Part shown: piece by piece, positions 10,401 through 19,834 of the stretch
How positions within the stretch are numbered: the stretch's first letter is position 1
Layout: every line of letters begins with the position of its first letter
Origin: a virus
IMG/VR virus record: IMGVR_UViG_3300042344_000022
Coordinates: 4,969-68,968 of that record
Length of the DNA: 64,000 bases
Reading direction: 5' to 3' (one strand)
Program-made: the position numbers and the translations under genes
The notes under the pieces: model-generated
Databases searched by the model: none
Told to the model about the DNA's origin: nothing
Seen by the model: only the letters and a program-made list of their open reading frames with translations

Positions 10401-13400
10401 TCAATATTCAACCATACCCATCACTGTCACCACAGTATGCAGTATCTCTAGGACGTCCTGATCTAGCATGTTCAGCTAAGAGACTATCAAACCTACGCTT
10501 TACAATGCGTGATATTGGTGTATTGAAACAGCGTATCGTTAACCTAGAGTATTACACCTCACTATCTGTCCTCGAACGTTCTGCAACCAGCATGACAATC
10601 AAAGACGATGCTGGTAATGATCGCTTTAAGAATGGTATCTTTACCGATACATTCAACGATAGTTCGCTATCAAACACTGATGATCCAGAACAGCGTGTAG
10701 CATTCGATGACGAAGAAAAGTCAATTCGTCCATTGTATAAGATGGAAACAATCGCATACGACTATAAGACTGGACAGAATGTTCGTTATAGCAGCCCTGT
10801 TGTAACTCTACAATATACAGAAGTTGAATACTGGAAACAGCAAAGAGCAACCGTAGAAGTCAATGTTGAACGTCAGTCTTGGTTGTTCCTAGGCACAGTT
10901 AATCTATACCCAGATAATGATATCTGGATTGATACTACACTAATGCCAGATGAGCAGCTATCTAACAAGTCTGTTTCAATCGTCACTTACGGATCACAGG
11001 CTTCAGGATATCTAAACAATGCCTATACCACAAACAAGTATGGCTATTCTGGTAACACAGTAACCAACTTTGGTACATTTACTGCAAATGCCACATCAGG
11101 TGTTGTCGATGTTCTCAACAGCACACAATGGGCATCATGGAACAAGTGGGTCACTGGCTATAAAGTTTATCGTGGCACTGGCTCAAGCAGATCATACGTT
11201 GGTACATATTCAACATACGATCAAGCTAGAAGCGTAGCTAACTCTAATAACCCAATCGGCGGTCCTGGTGTTACAGTTGAGACTGTATATAACAACAATC
11301 GTTCTGGTACACAGTATTGGGAAGCATCAGGTGCCGACGTTGTGCAGACAGACTATAAGGTAATCGACATTCAGTCTTACCCATATATTCGTCCGCAGAT
11401 GATCACCGTTCGTTGTACCGGTATGAAGCCATACACTCGCATGTGGCCATACTTTGATAACGTATCAGTTGCTAACAATGCCCGTCCTCTAACAGCAAAT
11501 CAGTTTGGCTGGATCATTCAGAACGGTCAGTTTGGTCTATCACCAAACACAGTTATCGATTTGACAAAGGGAACAACAAGCGCATCTAACACCACACTAC
11601 CAGCACCATCTTCACTAACACCATGGTCATCATTCGGTACTGACCTAGTTACTGACGCTAACGGTGCTCTAAACTTCCAGTTCCAAGTAACACAGGGTCA
11701 GTTCCGTGTTGGTGAGCGTAGCATGTTGGTTATTGACAGCCGTTATCCAGTTGATCCAAACGTAGTAAAGACTAGATCAGATATCCCAGATGAAATCTCA
11801 ACTGGTGGTGCTGCTACATTTACTGCATCTGGTACAGCCGTTAAGAAGCAGCGTTCAATTCTAACAACAAAGACTGTTTCTTACCATACTGAAAAAGTTG
11901 TTCAAGACTTCCCATCATCAGATTGGGAATCAATTGCTGCTCCTCCACCACCAGCACCAGCTTCACATTCTTGTGCGGCTTATTCATTCTTGGCCAAAGC
12001 GCCTAATGGTGAAGAAGGTATTTTCATAACAAGTGTTGATATCTTCGTAGCAAGAATTGGTACAAAGGGCTTCTGGTGTGAAATTCGTGAAATGGATGCT
12101 GGTCAGCAGATCACTAGAAATACTGTTCCTTATTCAGAAGTATTCTTCAATAATCCAGCAGCAGTTCCAATTTCAACAAACGGCAGTAGCAATCCTTGCC
12201 GTGTAACATTCCAGGCACCTGTGTTCTTGTATAACGATACACAGTATGCGTTTATTATTCACCCAATTAACGCTAACCCTGATCTATATGTTTGGGTATC
12301 TAAACTTGGTCAGACAGATGTTAATGGTCTCGGTCAGGTTGTTGATCGTCGTGGTACTGGTACATTCTATCAGACAAACAACAACACCAACTGGGATATC
12401 ATTCCAGACACCGATCTAACCTGCAAGTTCTATCGTGCAGAGTTCGTTAAGAACACAGACGGCGTTGCATATCTAGCCAATAAGCCAATCGAAAAGCTAT
12501 TCGTTAGAAACGAAACGATCACCTTCGATGGCAACTATGGCGAAACATTTATGTCTGGTGATAAGATAACCGTTTCTGGCTTGACTGGCGGATCGATTTC
12601 TATCGGTGACGTTATTCACGGTAACGTTTCATTCCAGAACAGCACCGTTGTTAACGTATCAGGCGGACTAGTTCATTGTTCAAACACTGGTTACATCCAG
12701 GGTGAGAACTTCTATGTTCTAGATGGTACTACACTACTATCAAAAGCTATCTTCGGAACTGTATCCGATATCACCAATGCTCGTGGTAGCCTAAACTACT
12801 ACATCAATGGTGATACATCAATGCTACATCTAAGTGGCTCTGGTGGTGGCTTCGTCAACGGCGATTACGTTATTGCTTCTACTGATTGGAGCAAGCGTGG
12901 TTTCATTGAGAAGATCGAAGGTATCTCTAACTTTAGATATTCGTCAATGACTTTTGAACCATCATTCTTGTCATTCAAGAATACTGATATCCAGTTCAAA
13001 GTCAAGACAACATCTATCGCTGGTGTTCCTGGTAACTTTATTGATGTTGATCCATCAGAAGTTCATTACTTCAAGACTGAGCAGGGCGTTCTTTCAAGAA
13101 CAAACGAAAACGCTCTACTCTCCGGTGGTCAGTCAATGAACGTTCAAGTAACAATGCGTTCATCATCTAATGCCGTATCACCACTAGTTGATACAAACAG
13201 AACACATTCTATCATTCTTGACAATATCATCAACAATGATTACCGTGGTGAAACTTATCCAACTCACGGTCTGCTACTTAACAAGTATATCTCAAAGACT
13301 GTTACACTAGCAGAAGGACAAGACGCAGAGGATATTCAAGTTATCATTGCTGCATATCGTCCACCAGGAACAGATGTAAAGGTATGGCTCAAGGCACTAA

Positions 13401-13927
13401 ATGCCGAAGATGACACAGCATTTGACAATAGACCATGGGTAGAACTATATAAAGATGGTACAGGCGATGTTAAGTATTCATCACTAGATGATAGAAATGA
13501 CTTTATCGAATACACATATCTCGTACCTACATCAACTATTGATAGACTAACTGTGACAAATACACTTGGTACAACAATCAATGTTGGTGATACACTAACT
13601 GGACTATCTTCTGCTAACTCTGCACAGGTATCAGCCATCGAAGGCTCAATCTATGTAATGAGTGGCACAGGATTCTCTACTGGCGAAACAGCAAACGTTG
13701 TTAATTCAAGTGGCATCGTTACTGGTAACACTGTTGTTTCCACAATCGGTCGCCCAGTTGCACTAAATGGTGGCGTTGCTAATGTTCTAAGCTATACTAC
13801 TGACGCTGGCGTTACTTATCAGTCATATAAGTATTTCGCAGTTAAGATTGGTCTACTAAACGACGGCTTCAATTCTGCTATTGTTCCACGTGTCGGTGAC
13901 CTAAGAGTTATTGCTCTACAAATGTAA
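7460..13927 (+). CDS. Large VrlC-like (DUF4815-type) baseplate/virion structural protein
   Basis: FNVTPYYDDY...FYRILFKPGYAVQARELTQIQ, APGADRL, FTMRDIG.L..RI.NLEYYTSLS.LE, RFKNGIF.D.F; ends PRVGDLRVIALQM. Usual position after gp8. Confidence 0.88.
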   Translation: MANTANTTALTTDFNVTPYYDDYDANKGFYRILFKPGYAVQARELTQIQTSLQEQIQRFGRNIFKDGTIVLPGAFYLETNDGLNAGRAIRYVKINDTDSTGNTVSVSEWNTLIEQGKANGNTRLEITGVTSNITAQLIQTLDGVQSSANSKTLYVAYTSASPTNPTQKVFLPGETLRANVNGATYSVVVKSTDAVANTGVGSRFTITSGVLFAKNHFIAFPEQSIVIDRYNPNPTARVGFYISEEIVTSSSDASLLDPAQEASNFSAPGADRLRLNPELQVVGIDDTVDVQNFVTLFTIEAGRVKTYLANTQYSYINDAMAKRTYDNSGDYVVNGLDITVKEHDNTGSNYGRYDDGNNSLLYVGVSPGSGYCQGYQVGALSTYDLSTDKGLTFSNVNGQYAAATMGQYVTVNELVGGWELNKAKTVELYNTAQDRISTKKWSIATQTGSKIGSATLLSYEYVSGTPGYDARYNVYLADVKMLGSNTFSSVRNIYAAGSGVSSLMGADVILDTSGNAVLQRVPDSTLLYRTGSDFTKTIRSVGDISQTDTSFIFNQTDGVASTVQAASNGVFTLSLPSGIEKFPFGSTTLSASAAQGIYLTFNQTSGGANVAAITQTGTAASGAGTTQLVGLGTRFQRLNVGDKIQLSGNGNFYYVTAIANNLYLTVDSALPAVVSTNTISKIYKSGDLITLTGIGSDAGSQRTITATDTTLRFDLKETFPSVFYVTVSYPIVRSGALEIEKNLNISRYVKINCANNVAGIVGPYDLGFSDVYRIRSIRARTDGVYPTSNTNGSNVMSSFVFSNGQKDTHYDHATITPTVTLDTNTRLLVELDYFTPDFTNRGGYFSIDSYPIEDDDTLFDPTTDIRTENVPIFKSPINGASYDLRNCLDFRPVKAASVTGSTTVAGAPVNPAVTTTFNYPATGMKFPVPSSLITYDFYYYLGRTDLVVVDKDSNFQIIKGIPSINPQMPQIYPGSMALASINIQPYPSLSPQYAVSLGRPDLACSAKRLSNLRFTMRDIGVLKQRIVNLEYYTSLSVLERSATSMTIKDDAGNDRFKNGIFTDTFNDSSLSNTDDPEQRVAFDDEEKSIRPLYKMETIAYDYKTGQNVRYSSPVVTLQYTEVEYWKQQRATVEVNVERQSWLFLGTVNLYPDNDIWIDTTLMPDEQLSNKSVSIVTYGSQASGYLNNAYTTNKYGYSGNTVTNFGTFTANATSGVVDVLNSTQWASWNKWVTGYKVYRGTGSSRSYVGTYSTYDQARSVANSNNPIGGPGVTVETVYNNNRSGTQYWEASGADVVQTDYKVIDIQSYPYIRPQMITVRCTGMKPYTRMWPYFDNVSVANNARPLTANQFGWIIQNGQFGLSPNTVIDLTKGTTSASNTTLPAPSSLTPWSSFGTDLVTDANGALNFQFQVTQGQFRVGERSMLVIDSRYPVDPNVVKTRSDIPDEISTGGAATFTASGTAVKKQRSILTTKTVSYHTEKVVQDFPSSDWESIAAPPPPAPASHSCAAYSFLAKAPNGEEGIFITSVDIFVARIGTKGFWCEIREMDAGQQITRNTVPYSEVFFNNPAAVPISTNGSSNPCRVTFQAPVFLYNDTQYAFIIHPINANPDLYVWVSKLGQTDVNGLGQVVDRRGTGTFYQTNNNTNWDIIPDTDLTCKFYRAEFVKNTDGVAYLANKPIEKLFVRNETITFDGNYGETFMSGDKITVSGLTGGSISIGDVIHGNVSFQNSTVVNVSGGLVHCSNTGYIQGENFYVLDGTTLLSKAIFGTVSDITNARGSLNYYINGDTSMLHLSGSGGGFVNGDYVIASTDWSKRGFIEKIEGISNFRYSSMTFEPSFLSFKNTDIQFKVKTTSIAGVPGNFIDVDPSEVHYFKTEQGVLSRTNENALLSGGQSMNVQVTMRSSSNAVSPLVDTNRTHSIILDNIINNDYRGETYPTHGLLLNKYISKTVTLAEGQDAEDIQVIIAAYRPPGTDVKVWLKALNAEDDTAFDNRPWVELYKDGTGDVKYSSLDDRNDFIEYTYLVPTSTIDRLTVTNTLGTTINVGDTLTGLSSANSAQVSAIEGSIYVMSGTGFSTGETANVVNSSGIVTGNTVVSTIGRPVALNGGVANVLSYTTDAGVTYQSYKYFAVKIGLLNDGFNSAIVPRVGDLRVIALQM

Positions 13928-13937
13928 TGGAGAACAA

Positions 13938-14708
13938 ATGGAAATTCGTTTTGATTCAAGTGATTTTGTTGAACAAGTAGATATAGACTTTCAAGATGGT
14001 GCGGGACCTGTTCCCGCCCATCAGCATATCAGAGGTGGTGGATGGGTTGCTGAAACTGCCAAGGTAGACGATAACTGTTATATCGGTCCATTTGCCATGG
14101 TATATGGTGAAGCAAGAGTATCAGAGAACGTTATCATCAATGATTATGCTAGAGTATATGGCAACGCCAAGATATATGGTAGAGCAAAAGTATATGGTGA
14201 CTGTCAGGTATATGAAGAAGCACAAGTTTATGGTGATGCAAGAGTAAGCGGACACTCTAAAGTATATGGTAAAGTCAAAGTAATGGATAATGCCATGGTC
14301 TATGATTACTCAGAGGTTTATGGTGATGCCATCGTTCGTAACAATGCAGAGGTTCTAAACTACGCTAAAGTATATGGTGGTGCTGATATATACGATTCCT
14401 TGAAAGTATATGCTAACAGTGTAGTCACCAGAAAACCTAAGGCATGTTATGGGTTTGATTATAACGTAACGATTACAGATCATCATATCTGCCTAGGTTG
14501 TGTAGTTATACCACCAAAGTTTATTGATACTACTGCTAAAAAGATTGTAAGAATGATGGGGTATCATCCCGATGAAGCAGTTAAATGGGTACAGGCTCTA
14601 AAGTATGTTGCCGAGTTTCATGGATGCACAGATAGAGAAGAAGATATCGAAGCATATGACGAACGTAAAATTATAACCGATTTGCTAAATGCTAGAGTAG
14701 GATTATGA
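13938..14708 (+). CDS. Hexapeptide-repeat (left-handed beta-helix) protein
   Basis: Tandem VYGEAR/VYGNAK/VYGDAR hexapeptides. Start moved to ATG 13938, which follows GGAG at 13929. Confidence 0.8.
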   Translation: MEIRFDSSDFVEQVDIDFQDGAGPVPAHQHIRGGGWVAETAKVDDNCYIGPFAMVYGEARVSENVIINDYARVYGNAKIYGRAKVYGDCQVYEEAQVYGDARVSGHSKVYGKVKVMDNAMVYDYSEVYGDAIVRNNAEVLNYAKVYGGADIYDSLKVYANSVVTRKPKACYGFDYNVTITDHHICLGCVVIPPKFIDTTAKKIVRMMGYHPDEAVKWVQALKYVAEFHGCTDREEDIEAYDERKIITDLLNARVGL

Positions 14709-14908
14709 GCAAAGAAGCTAAAACAGACATTCCAGGCATCTACAGAAGCCCCGAAGGATTTCTTATAAATAAAGATAATAAATCTCTTGCTGCATACAAG
14801 GCTAGAAAAACAAGAGACAGGGAACTAGACACCGTAAAAGAAGAAGTATCCTCAATCAAGGAAGACTTACGAGAAATTAAAGAACTTCTAAAAGGACTGG
14901 TAAAGTAA
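14705..14908 (+). CDS. Small conserved hypothetical protein with C-terminal coiled coil
   Basis: ATGA overlap with the upstream gene; ends EVSSIKEDLREIKELLKGL, of the kind seen after VrlC-like genes. Confidence 0.75.
   Translation: MSKEAKTDIPGIYRSPEGFLINKDNKSLAAYKARKTRDRELDTVKEEVSSIKEDLREIKELLKGLVK
14764..14771 (+). promoter_or_regulatory. T4-type late promoter (TATAAATA), intragenic, upstream of the fibre block
   Basis: Exact consensus ~140 nt before the 14910 fibre gene. Confidence 0.55.
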
Positions 14909-14909
14909 C

Positions 14910-16835
14910 ATGGGATTAGCAAACGTAAACCTTACTGACACATTTGATCAGTGGAGAGTCAAAACAAACCAGATCATTCTATATGCTAATGAACAGCATG
15001 AGAAGATGAACTTGGTGTTTCAGACAACCAATTCTGTTTATGTCCAATCAAACACCGACAATGTTAGACTATCCGCAGCATATGTAGTAACCAATGCAGC
15101 CTTTACACAGTCAAACACAGATAACGTTAGACTTACACAGGCATACAACGTATTAAATGCAGCTTATACCTCAGCTAATGCCAACTATGTAGTCACTAAT
15201 TCAGCATTCACCCAGTCAAATACAGATAACGTTCGACTATCAGCCGCATATGTTGTGCTAAACTCAGCATTCACCCAGTCAAATACCGACAATGTTAGAC
15301 TAAGTGCGGCTTATGTTGTTCTTAATGCCGCCTTCACTCAGGCTAATACAGATAACGTCCGCCTGTCTGCGGCTTTTGTCTCTGGTAATGCCAACTATGT
15401 CGTATCGAATAGTGCATTCACTGTTGCCAATTCAGGCTTCGGTCGTGTCAATTCCGTATATACTTTTGCTAACGGCATCTATGACTTTGCAAACAACATT
15501 AACATTAACGTTGCATCAGCTTACACGGTAACTAATTCATCATATGTTACTGCTAACGCAGGCTTTACAAAAGCAAATGACGCATACAGCCTAGCAATGA
15601 CATTGGGATCAAATGCTGCTAATGCTTATGCCGATTATCAGAATAATTATAACCTAATTAACGCATCTTTCACTGTAGGTAACGCATCTTTCGGTAGAGC
15701 AAACAGCATCTACGGTGTTTTGAATACAGCTTTTGGTGTTACTAATTCAGTCTATACACAAGCCAACACCGATAACGTCCGCCTGTCGGCAGCCTTTGTG
15801 GTATTGAATGCTGCATACACCTCTGTAAATGCCAACTATGTAGTTACTAATGCAGCATATGGTACTGCTAATGCTGGCTTCACTGCCGCAAACCAAGCTG
15901 GTGTTGTAGCCAACGCAGTAAACACATTCTCAATTGCAACGTATGTAAGAAAAGCTGGTGACACTGTTAGTGGTGATCTAGTAGTTACTGGTAACCTAAC
16001 GATCTCTGGCGTCACAACTTATGCTAATACACAGCAACTAAATGTTGGTGATAATATTATCACACTAAATGCTGATCTACCAATAGGTACGGCACCATCA
16101 CAAGATGCTGGTATTGAAATCAATCGTGGTTCATCAACTAACGTAGCACTACTATGGGATGAAGCAACTGACGTTTGGGAATTTACAAACGACGGAACTA
16201 ACTATAGAAGAATTGCATCTAACTCTGATATTGAATCAGTAGTTCAAAATACAACCGCTGCATTTGCTAAAGCTAACGGTGTTTCTGCTGGTGCTAATGG
16301 ATATACAGTTCAAGTTGGTGCTGCTGGTAATACCTATGCTACTGCAATGGCAACTAGTGGAAATGCTTATGCACTATCTGTAGCCACATCTATCGGTGCA
16401 TCTGGTAATGGATACGCACAGCAAGTAGGCGCATCAGCAAATGCATTTGCCGCTGCCACTTATGCACCTCTATCATCACCATCAATTTCTAGCCCTACAT
16501 TCACAGGTACGGTTACAGTTAATGCTAACATTAGAAATCAGACACTAACTGATGGTGCCACAATCAATTGGGACGTTTCAGTTGGACAGGTTGCATATGT
16601 TACACTTGGTGGTAATAGAACAATTGCAGCGCCAACTAACCTCAGAGTTGGTACATATATACTACATGTGATACAGGATGGTACTGGCAGCAGAACACTA
16701 ACATGGAATGCTGTATTCAAATGGCCAGCTGGTGTCGCACCAATCCTGACAACGGCTGCAAATCGTCGTGACTTGTTCTCATTCGTATGTGATGGCACAA
16801 ATCTATACGGTTCATTCCTACCAGACGTTAGATAA
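14910..16835 (+). CDS. Tail fibre-like protein with Asn/Ala heptad stalk
   Basis: N-terminal NVNLTDTFDQWRVKTN anchor; heptads NAAYTSA/NANYVVT/NTDNVRL; DNIITLN..DAGIEINRG..LLWDE module; C-terminal LTDGATINWD...QDGTGSRTLTW domain. Confidence 0.8.
   Translation: MGLANVNLTDTFDQWRVKTNQIILYANEQHEKMNLVFQTTNSVYVQSNTDNVRLSAAYVVTNAAFTQSNTDNVRLTQAYNVLNAAYTSANANYVVTNSAFTQSNTDNVRLSAAYVVLNSAFTQSNTDNVRLSAAYVVLNAAFTQANTDNVRLSAAFVSGNANYVVSNSAFTVANSGFGRVNSVYTFANGIYDFANNININVASAYTVTNSSYVTANAGFTKANDAYSLAMTLGSNAANAYADYQNNYNLINASFTVGNASFGRANSIYGVLNTAFGVTNSVYTQANTDNVRLSAAFVVLNAAYTSVNANYVVTNAAYGTANAGFTAANQAGVVANAVNTFSIATYVRKAGDTVSGDLVVTGNLTISGVTTYANTQQLNVGDNIITLNADLPIGTAPSQDAGIEINRGSSTNVALLWDEATDVWEFTNDGTNYRRIASNSDIESVVQNTTAAFAKANGVSAGANGYTVQVGAAGNTYATAMATSGNAYALSVATSIGASGNGYAQQVGASANAFAAATYAPLSSPSISSPTFTGTVTVNANIRNQTLTDGATINWDVSVGQVAYVTLGGNRTIAAPTNLRVGTYILHVIQDGTGSRTLTWNAVFKWPAGVAPILTTAANRRDLFSFVCDGTNLYGSFLPDVR
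15030..15900 (+). repeat. 21-nt/7-aa periodic coding repeat (e.g. FTQSNTDNVRLSAAYVVLN)
   Basis: NTDNVRL occurs six times in this gene with synonymous DNA variation. Confidence 0.85.
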
Positions 16836-16848
16836 GCGAGTTGCTTGA

Positions 16849-18024
16849 ATGTTTGTATTTCCGATATTAAGACCAACTAAGATCATCAACATTAGTTCAG
16901 CAACGAACAATGTTGATCTATATACACAGGCGGGTAATCCAACCTATCCTCTTAATGTTTTCTGTTTCGTTAATGCTAATATCGGTTCGTCAAATCCTTC
17001 TACACCAGCATTCAAAACTAGTTCGTCATGGACTGGTGGTTCATTGCTCTATATCGAAAACAATGCAACGATTACTGGCTCAACAGGAACAGCCGGCGCA
17101 ACTGGTACAACAGGAACAACTGGTGACACAGGTACTACAGGCTCTACAGGTTCATCTGGTTCAGCAGGACATGGCGGCCATGGTGGCGGTGGTGCTCATG
17201 CTTCTGGTGCCTCGACATCTGGTGCAGGTCATGGAGGCGGTGGTGGCGCTGGCGAAACAGGCGGAACTGGTGGTCCTGGAGGAACAGGCGGCACAGGCGG
17301 ACCTGGTGGTACTGGAGGAACTGGTGGTACAGGCGGCATATCATTTCAAGCCGATGCTGCGACTGGAACAGCACTCATTCTAAACAACAATAACACAATT
17401 ACTGGTGGTTCTGGCGGATCAGGAGGTCCTGGAGGTCCTGGTGGACTAGGAGGATCTGGAGGACCAGGCGGTTCAGGAGGACCTGGTGGTTCTGGTGGTG
17501 GTGGAGGCGGCGGAGGCGGCGGTGCTGCACACGGCTACGGTAGTCATCACGTTTATGTTTATTACGCCGTAGGTCATCACGGTGGCCATATTACTGCCGG
17601 TGGTGGCGGTGGTGGCGGTGGTGCAGGTACAGGCGGCCATGGCGCAGGCGGCGGTGGCCCAGGCGGCGGCCATGGTGCAAGTAATAACGGTGCTGGTGGT
17701 GGCGGTGGTCACGCCGATTACGGTGGAAACAACAACCACAGTCATGTTAGAGGTGGTACAGGTGGTCACGGCGGTGGCTTTGGCGCCGGCGGAGGACACG
17801 GACATGCAGGACATGGTGGCGGTTCTCACAGCGGTCATGCTGGTGCAGCCGGAGGTGGTGCAGGTGCTACAGGACCTACAGGTTCTACAGGTCCAACAGG
17901 ACCAGGCGGCGCACAAGGATCCACGGGTTCAGCAGGTGCATCTGGCTCACAAGGCAATGCTATCACAGGCAATACAAACATCAGATATATCAATCAAGGC
18001 ACAAGAAACGGGCCAGTATCTTAA
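16849..18024 (+). CDS. Glycine/histidine-rich putative fibre-tip adhesin (polyglycine, Gly-X-Y runs)
   Basis: GTTGTTGDTG, GGPGG and GPTG runs plus poly-G/His segments. Follows a fibre gene, as in T-even gp37/gp38. Confidence 0.65.
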   Translation: MFVFPILRPTKIINISSATNNVDLYTQAGNPTYPLNVFCFVNANIGSSNPSTPAFKTSSSWTGGSLLYIENNATITGSTGTAGATGTTGTTGDTGTTGSTGSSGSAGHGGHGGGGAHASGASTSGAGHGGGGGAGETGGTGGPGGTGGTGGPGGTGGTGGTGGISFQADAATGTALILNNNNTITGGSGGSGGPGGPGGLGGSGGPGGSGGPGGSGGGGGGGGGGAAHGYGSHHVYVYYAVGHHGGHITAGGGGGGGGAGTGGHGAGGGGPGGGHGASNNGAGGGGGHADYGGNNNHSHVRGGTGGHGGGFGAGGGHGHAGHGGGSHSGHAGAAGGGAGATGPTGSTGPTGPGGAQGSTGSAGASGSQGNAITGNTNIRYINQGTRNGPVS

Positions 18025-18039
18025 AGGGAACAATAAGAA

Positions 18040-18558
18040 ATGAATCTAGGATACAGAATAGTTAAAGCGGACTCATCAGAGCATGGCATTCTTGTTCGCT
18101 ATTGGACAGACAAAGTAACAGAAATGGATTTGGCCACATCCTTCAATGAAGATGGTACTGTAAAAGTAAACGCTGATGGTTATCCACTATCAACCAGAAC
18201 AGATGTGTTCATGAGCATTTACGAAACACCAGCACCATCATATGAACAGATTGTAAAAGACATCATTCTAAGAGCACCTATCGATTGGCTCAAATTGCAA
18301 GAGAGTATTGTTGATGTTAATGTTGATACTAAACTTGCAGAACTAAAAGAACATGTTGGTGACACAGGAACATTTACACTAGAAGATGTAGAAGCCTTGC
18401 GTCTGGAATCAAGTCAACAGGCAGTAGCAAATGTTAATGCTGATATAACCGAAACTGTTCGCATCTTTGATTACGCTAACAGTGATCCTAAGATTTCGTC
18501 AGCTTTTGCCAATCTAGTTATTCATGCAATTCATACAGGAACAACTATTCCTCTTTAA
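18040..18558 (+). CDS. Hypothetical protein (possible fibre assembly partner)
   Basis: 172-aa ORF tightly packed between the adhesin and the oxygenase; AAGGG RBS-like element. Confidence 0.7.
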   Translation: MNLGYRIVKADSSEHGILVRYWTDKVTEMDLATSFNEDGTVKVNADGYPLSTRTDVFMSIYETPAPSYEQIVKDIILRAPIDWLKLQESIVDVNVDTKLAELKEHVGDTGTFTLEDVEALRLESSQQAVANVNADITETVRIFDYANSDPKISSAFANLVIHAIHTGTTIPL

Positions 18559-18569
18559 GGATTATAACA

Positions 18570-19187
18570 ATGCGTTATGGTGAAGTGTCAAATGATTTGT
18601 TTATGAGAAGAAGGATGACACCTTCTAACTTTTGGATTGATGGTGTGTTTGATGATTCGGAGATAGGTAATATAGCAAACTATTGTGAAACTCTAGAATT
18701 GAATGATGCCAAGATTGTTACCGATGAGTATGTCAATCAGGTTAGAATTTCTAAAGTGGCATTTATCGGTAAAGATGATACCACAGAATGGTTTTACAAT
18801 AAGTTTAACCATGTGATCAATAGAGTTAATAACAACTATTATGGGTTCGATCTACATGGCTATGAGTCGATACAATACACGACATATGATAAAGACGGAA
18901 AGTTTGAGTGGCACACTGACTTATTGTATGATGAAAATCTTGGTAATACTAAGAACAGTGACACACGAAAGTTAAGTTTAGTTATGTTGCTGAATACACC
19001 TGGCGAAGATTTTACTGGTGGTGAGTTTTTGATCAATACTGGTAAAGAAGAAGATGCTATTACGATTGCCATGAAACGAGGAACCATTGTATCATTTCCT
19101 TCTTTCATTCCTCATAAGGTAGCACCTGTCACATCTGGAGTCAGAAAGTCTTTGGTTATCTGGGTAGAGGGACCCAAGTTTAGATAA
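18570..19187 (+). CDS. 2OG-Fe(II) oxygenase (PKHD/prolyl-4-hydroxylase-like)
   Basis: WHTD (HxD), RKLSLVMLL, FTGGEF, FPSFIPHKVAPVTSGVRKSLVIW (distal His and RxS). Confidence 0.92.
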   Translation: MRYGEVSNDLFMRRRMTPSNFWIDGVFDDSEIGNIANYCETLELNDAKIVTDEYVNQVRISKVAFIGKDDTTEWFYNKFNHVINRVNNNYYGFDLHGYESIQYTTYDKDGKFEWHTDLLYDENLGNTKNSDTRKLSLVMLLNTPGEDFTGGEFLINTGKEEDAITIAMKRGTIVSFPSFIPHKVAPVTSGVRKSLVIWVEGPKFR

Positions 19188-19241
19188 ATACTAAAGGAAT
19201 TGCTTATTATGAGAAGGTCTAAATAAGCAAAAGGGAAACAA

Positions 19242-19586
19242 ATGTCCGAGTATGTAGAACTATACATAGACAAAGGCGCAGACTTCTATACTACCATCGA
19301 TATCACCGATGATGACACAAACTTGCCCCAAGATTTGAACGGTTATACTATTAGAGGAAGCCTCAAGAGGTCTCTAGTATCTCCTAATGCATCTGCATCA
19401 TTTGTATGCACCACTGATACAGCAAATAGCAACGGTACGATTTTCATTTCAATGTCAGCAGCTAATACAGCCAACCTAAAGGTCGGAACGTATTTCTTTG
19501 ACATTTTGACTATTGTTAATGTAGGTAATACTCGTTCAAGATTGATTGAAGGCGTTGTCCATGTAACACCATCCATCACAGGATAA
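19242..19586 (+). CDS. Conserved small virion structural protein
   Basis: ELYIDKGADF...DLNGYT...TANLKVGTYFFDI...RLIEGVVHVTPSIT. Preceded by TAAATA motifs at 19183-19190 and 19219-19225. Confidence 0.75.
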   Translation: MSEYVELYIDKGADFYTTIDITDDDTNLPQDLNGYTIRGSLKRSLVSPNASASFVCTTDTANSNGTIFISMSAANTANLKVGTYFFDILTIVNVGNTRSRLIEGVVHVTPSITG

Positions 19587-19591
19587 GTTAT

Positions 19592-19831
19592 ATGTCAATC
19601 AAGATTACACCTAAGCAAACTAAGGTTAACGTCACTACGACACCTAAGAATAGGATCACCATAAATACTGGTGGTGGTGGTAGTGCATTACCCTCAAATA
19701 TTGATACACTTGTAGAACTAAAAGATGTTAATGCAACAAATATAGCTAACACCAATACAGTTGTTTACGACCAGGCAACAGGAAAGTTTGTTATTAGAGA
19801 ACTGCCTATTGTAAACGGAGGAGATTTTTAA
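19592..19831 (+). CDS. Small hypothetical structural protein
   Basis: LVELKDVNAT...VVYDQATGKF; ends NGGDF, like the DGGGF end of the next gene. Confidence 0.7.
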   Translation: MSIKITPKQTKVNVTTTPKNRITINTGGGGSALPSNIDTLVELKDVNATNIANTNTVVYDQATGKFVIRELPIVNGGDF

Positions 19832-19834
19832 GGC

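Noticed and set aside
15030-15900. Periodic DNA repeats resembling a CRISPR array
   Set aside because: The repeats are in-frame, degenerate at third codon positions and lack unique spacers; they are protein heptad repeats.
16910-18043. Alternative-frame ORFs over the Gly-rich gene (16910-17383, 17582-18043, 17473-17916)
   Set aside because: By-products of GGN-rich low-complexity sequence lacking stops; Val/Ala/Gln-biased translations with no RBS.
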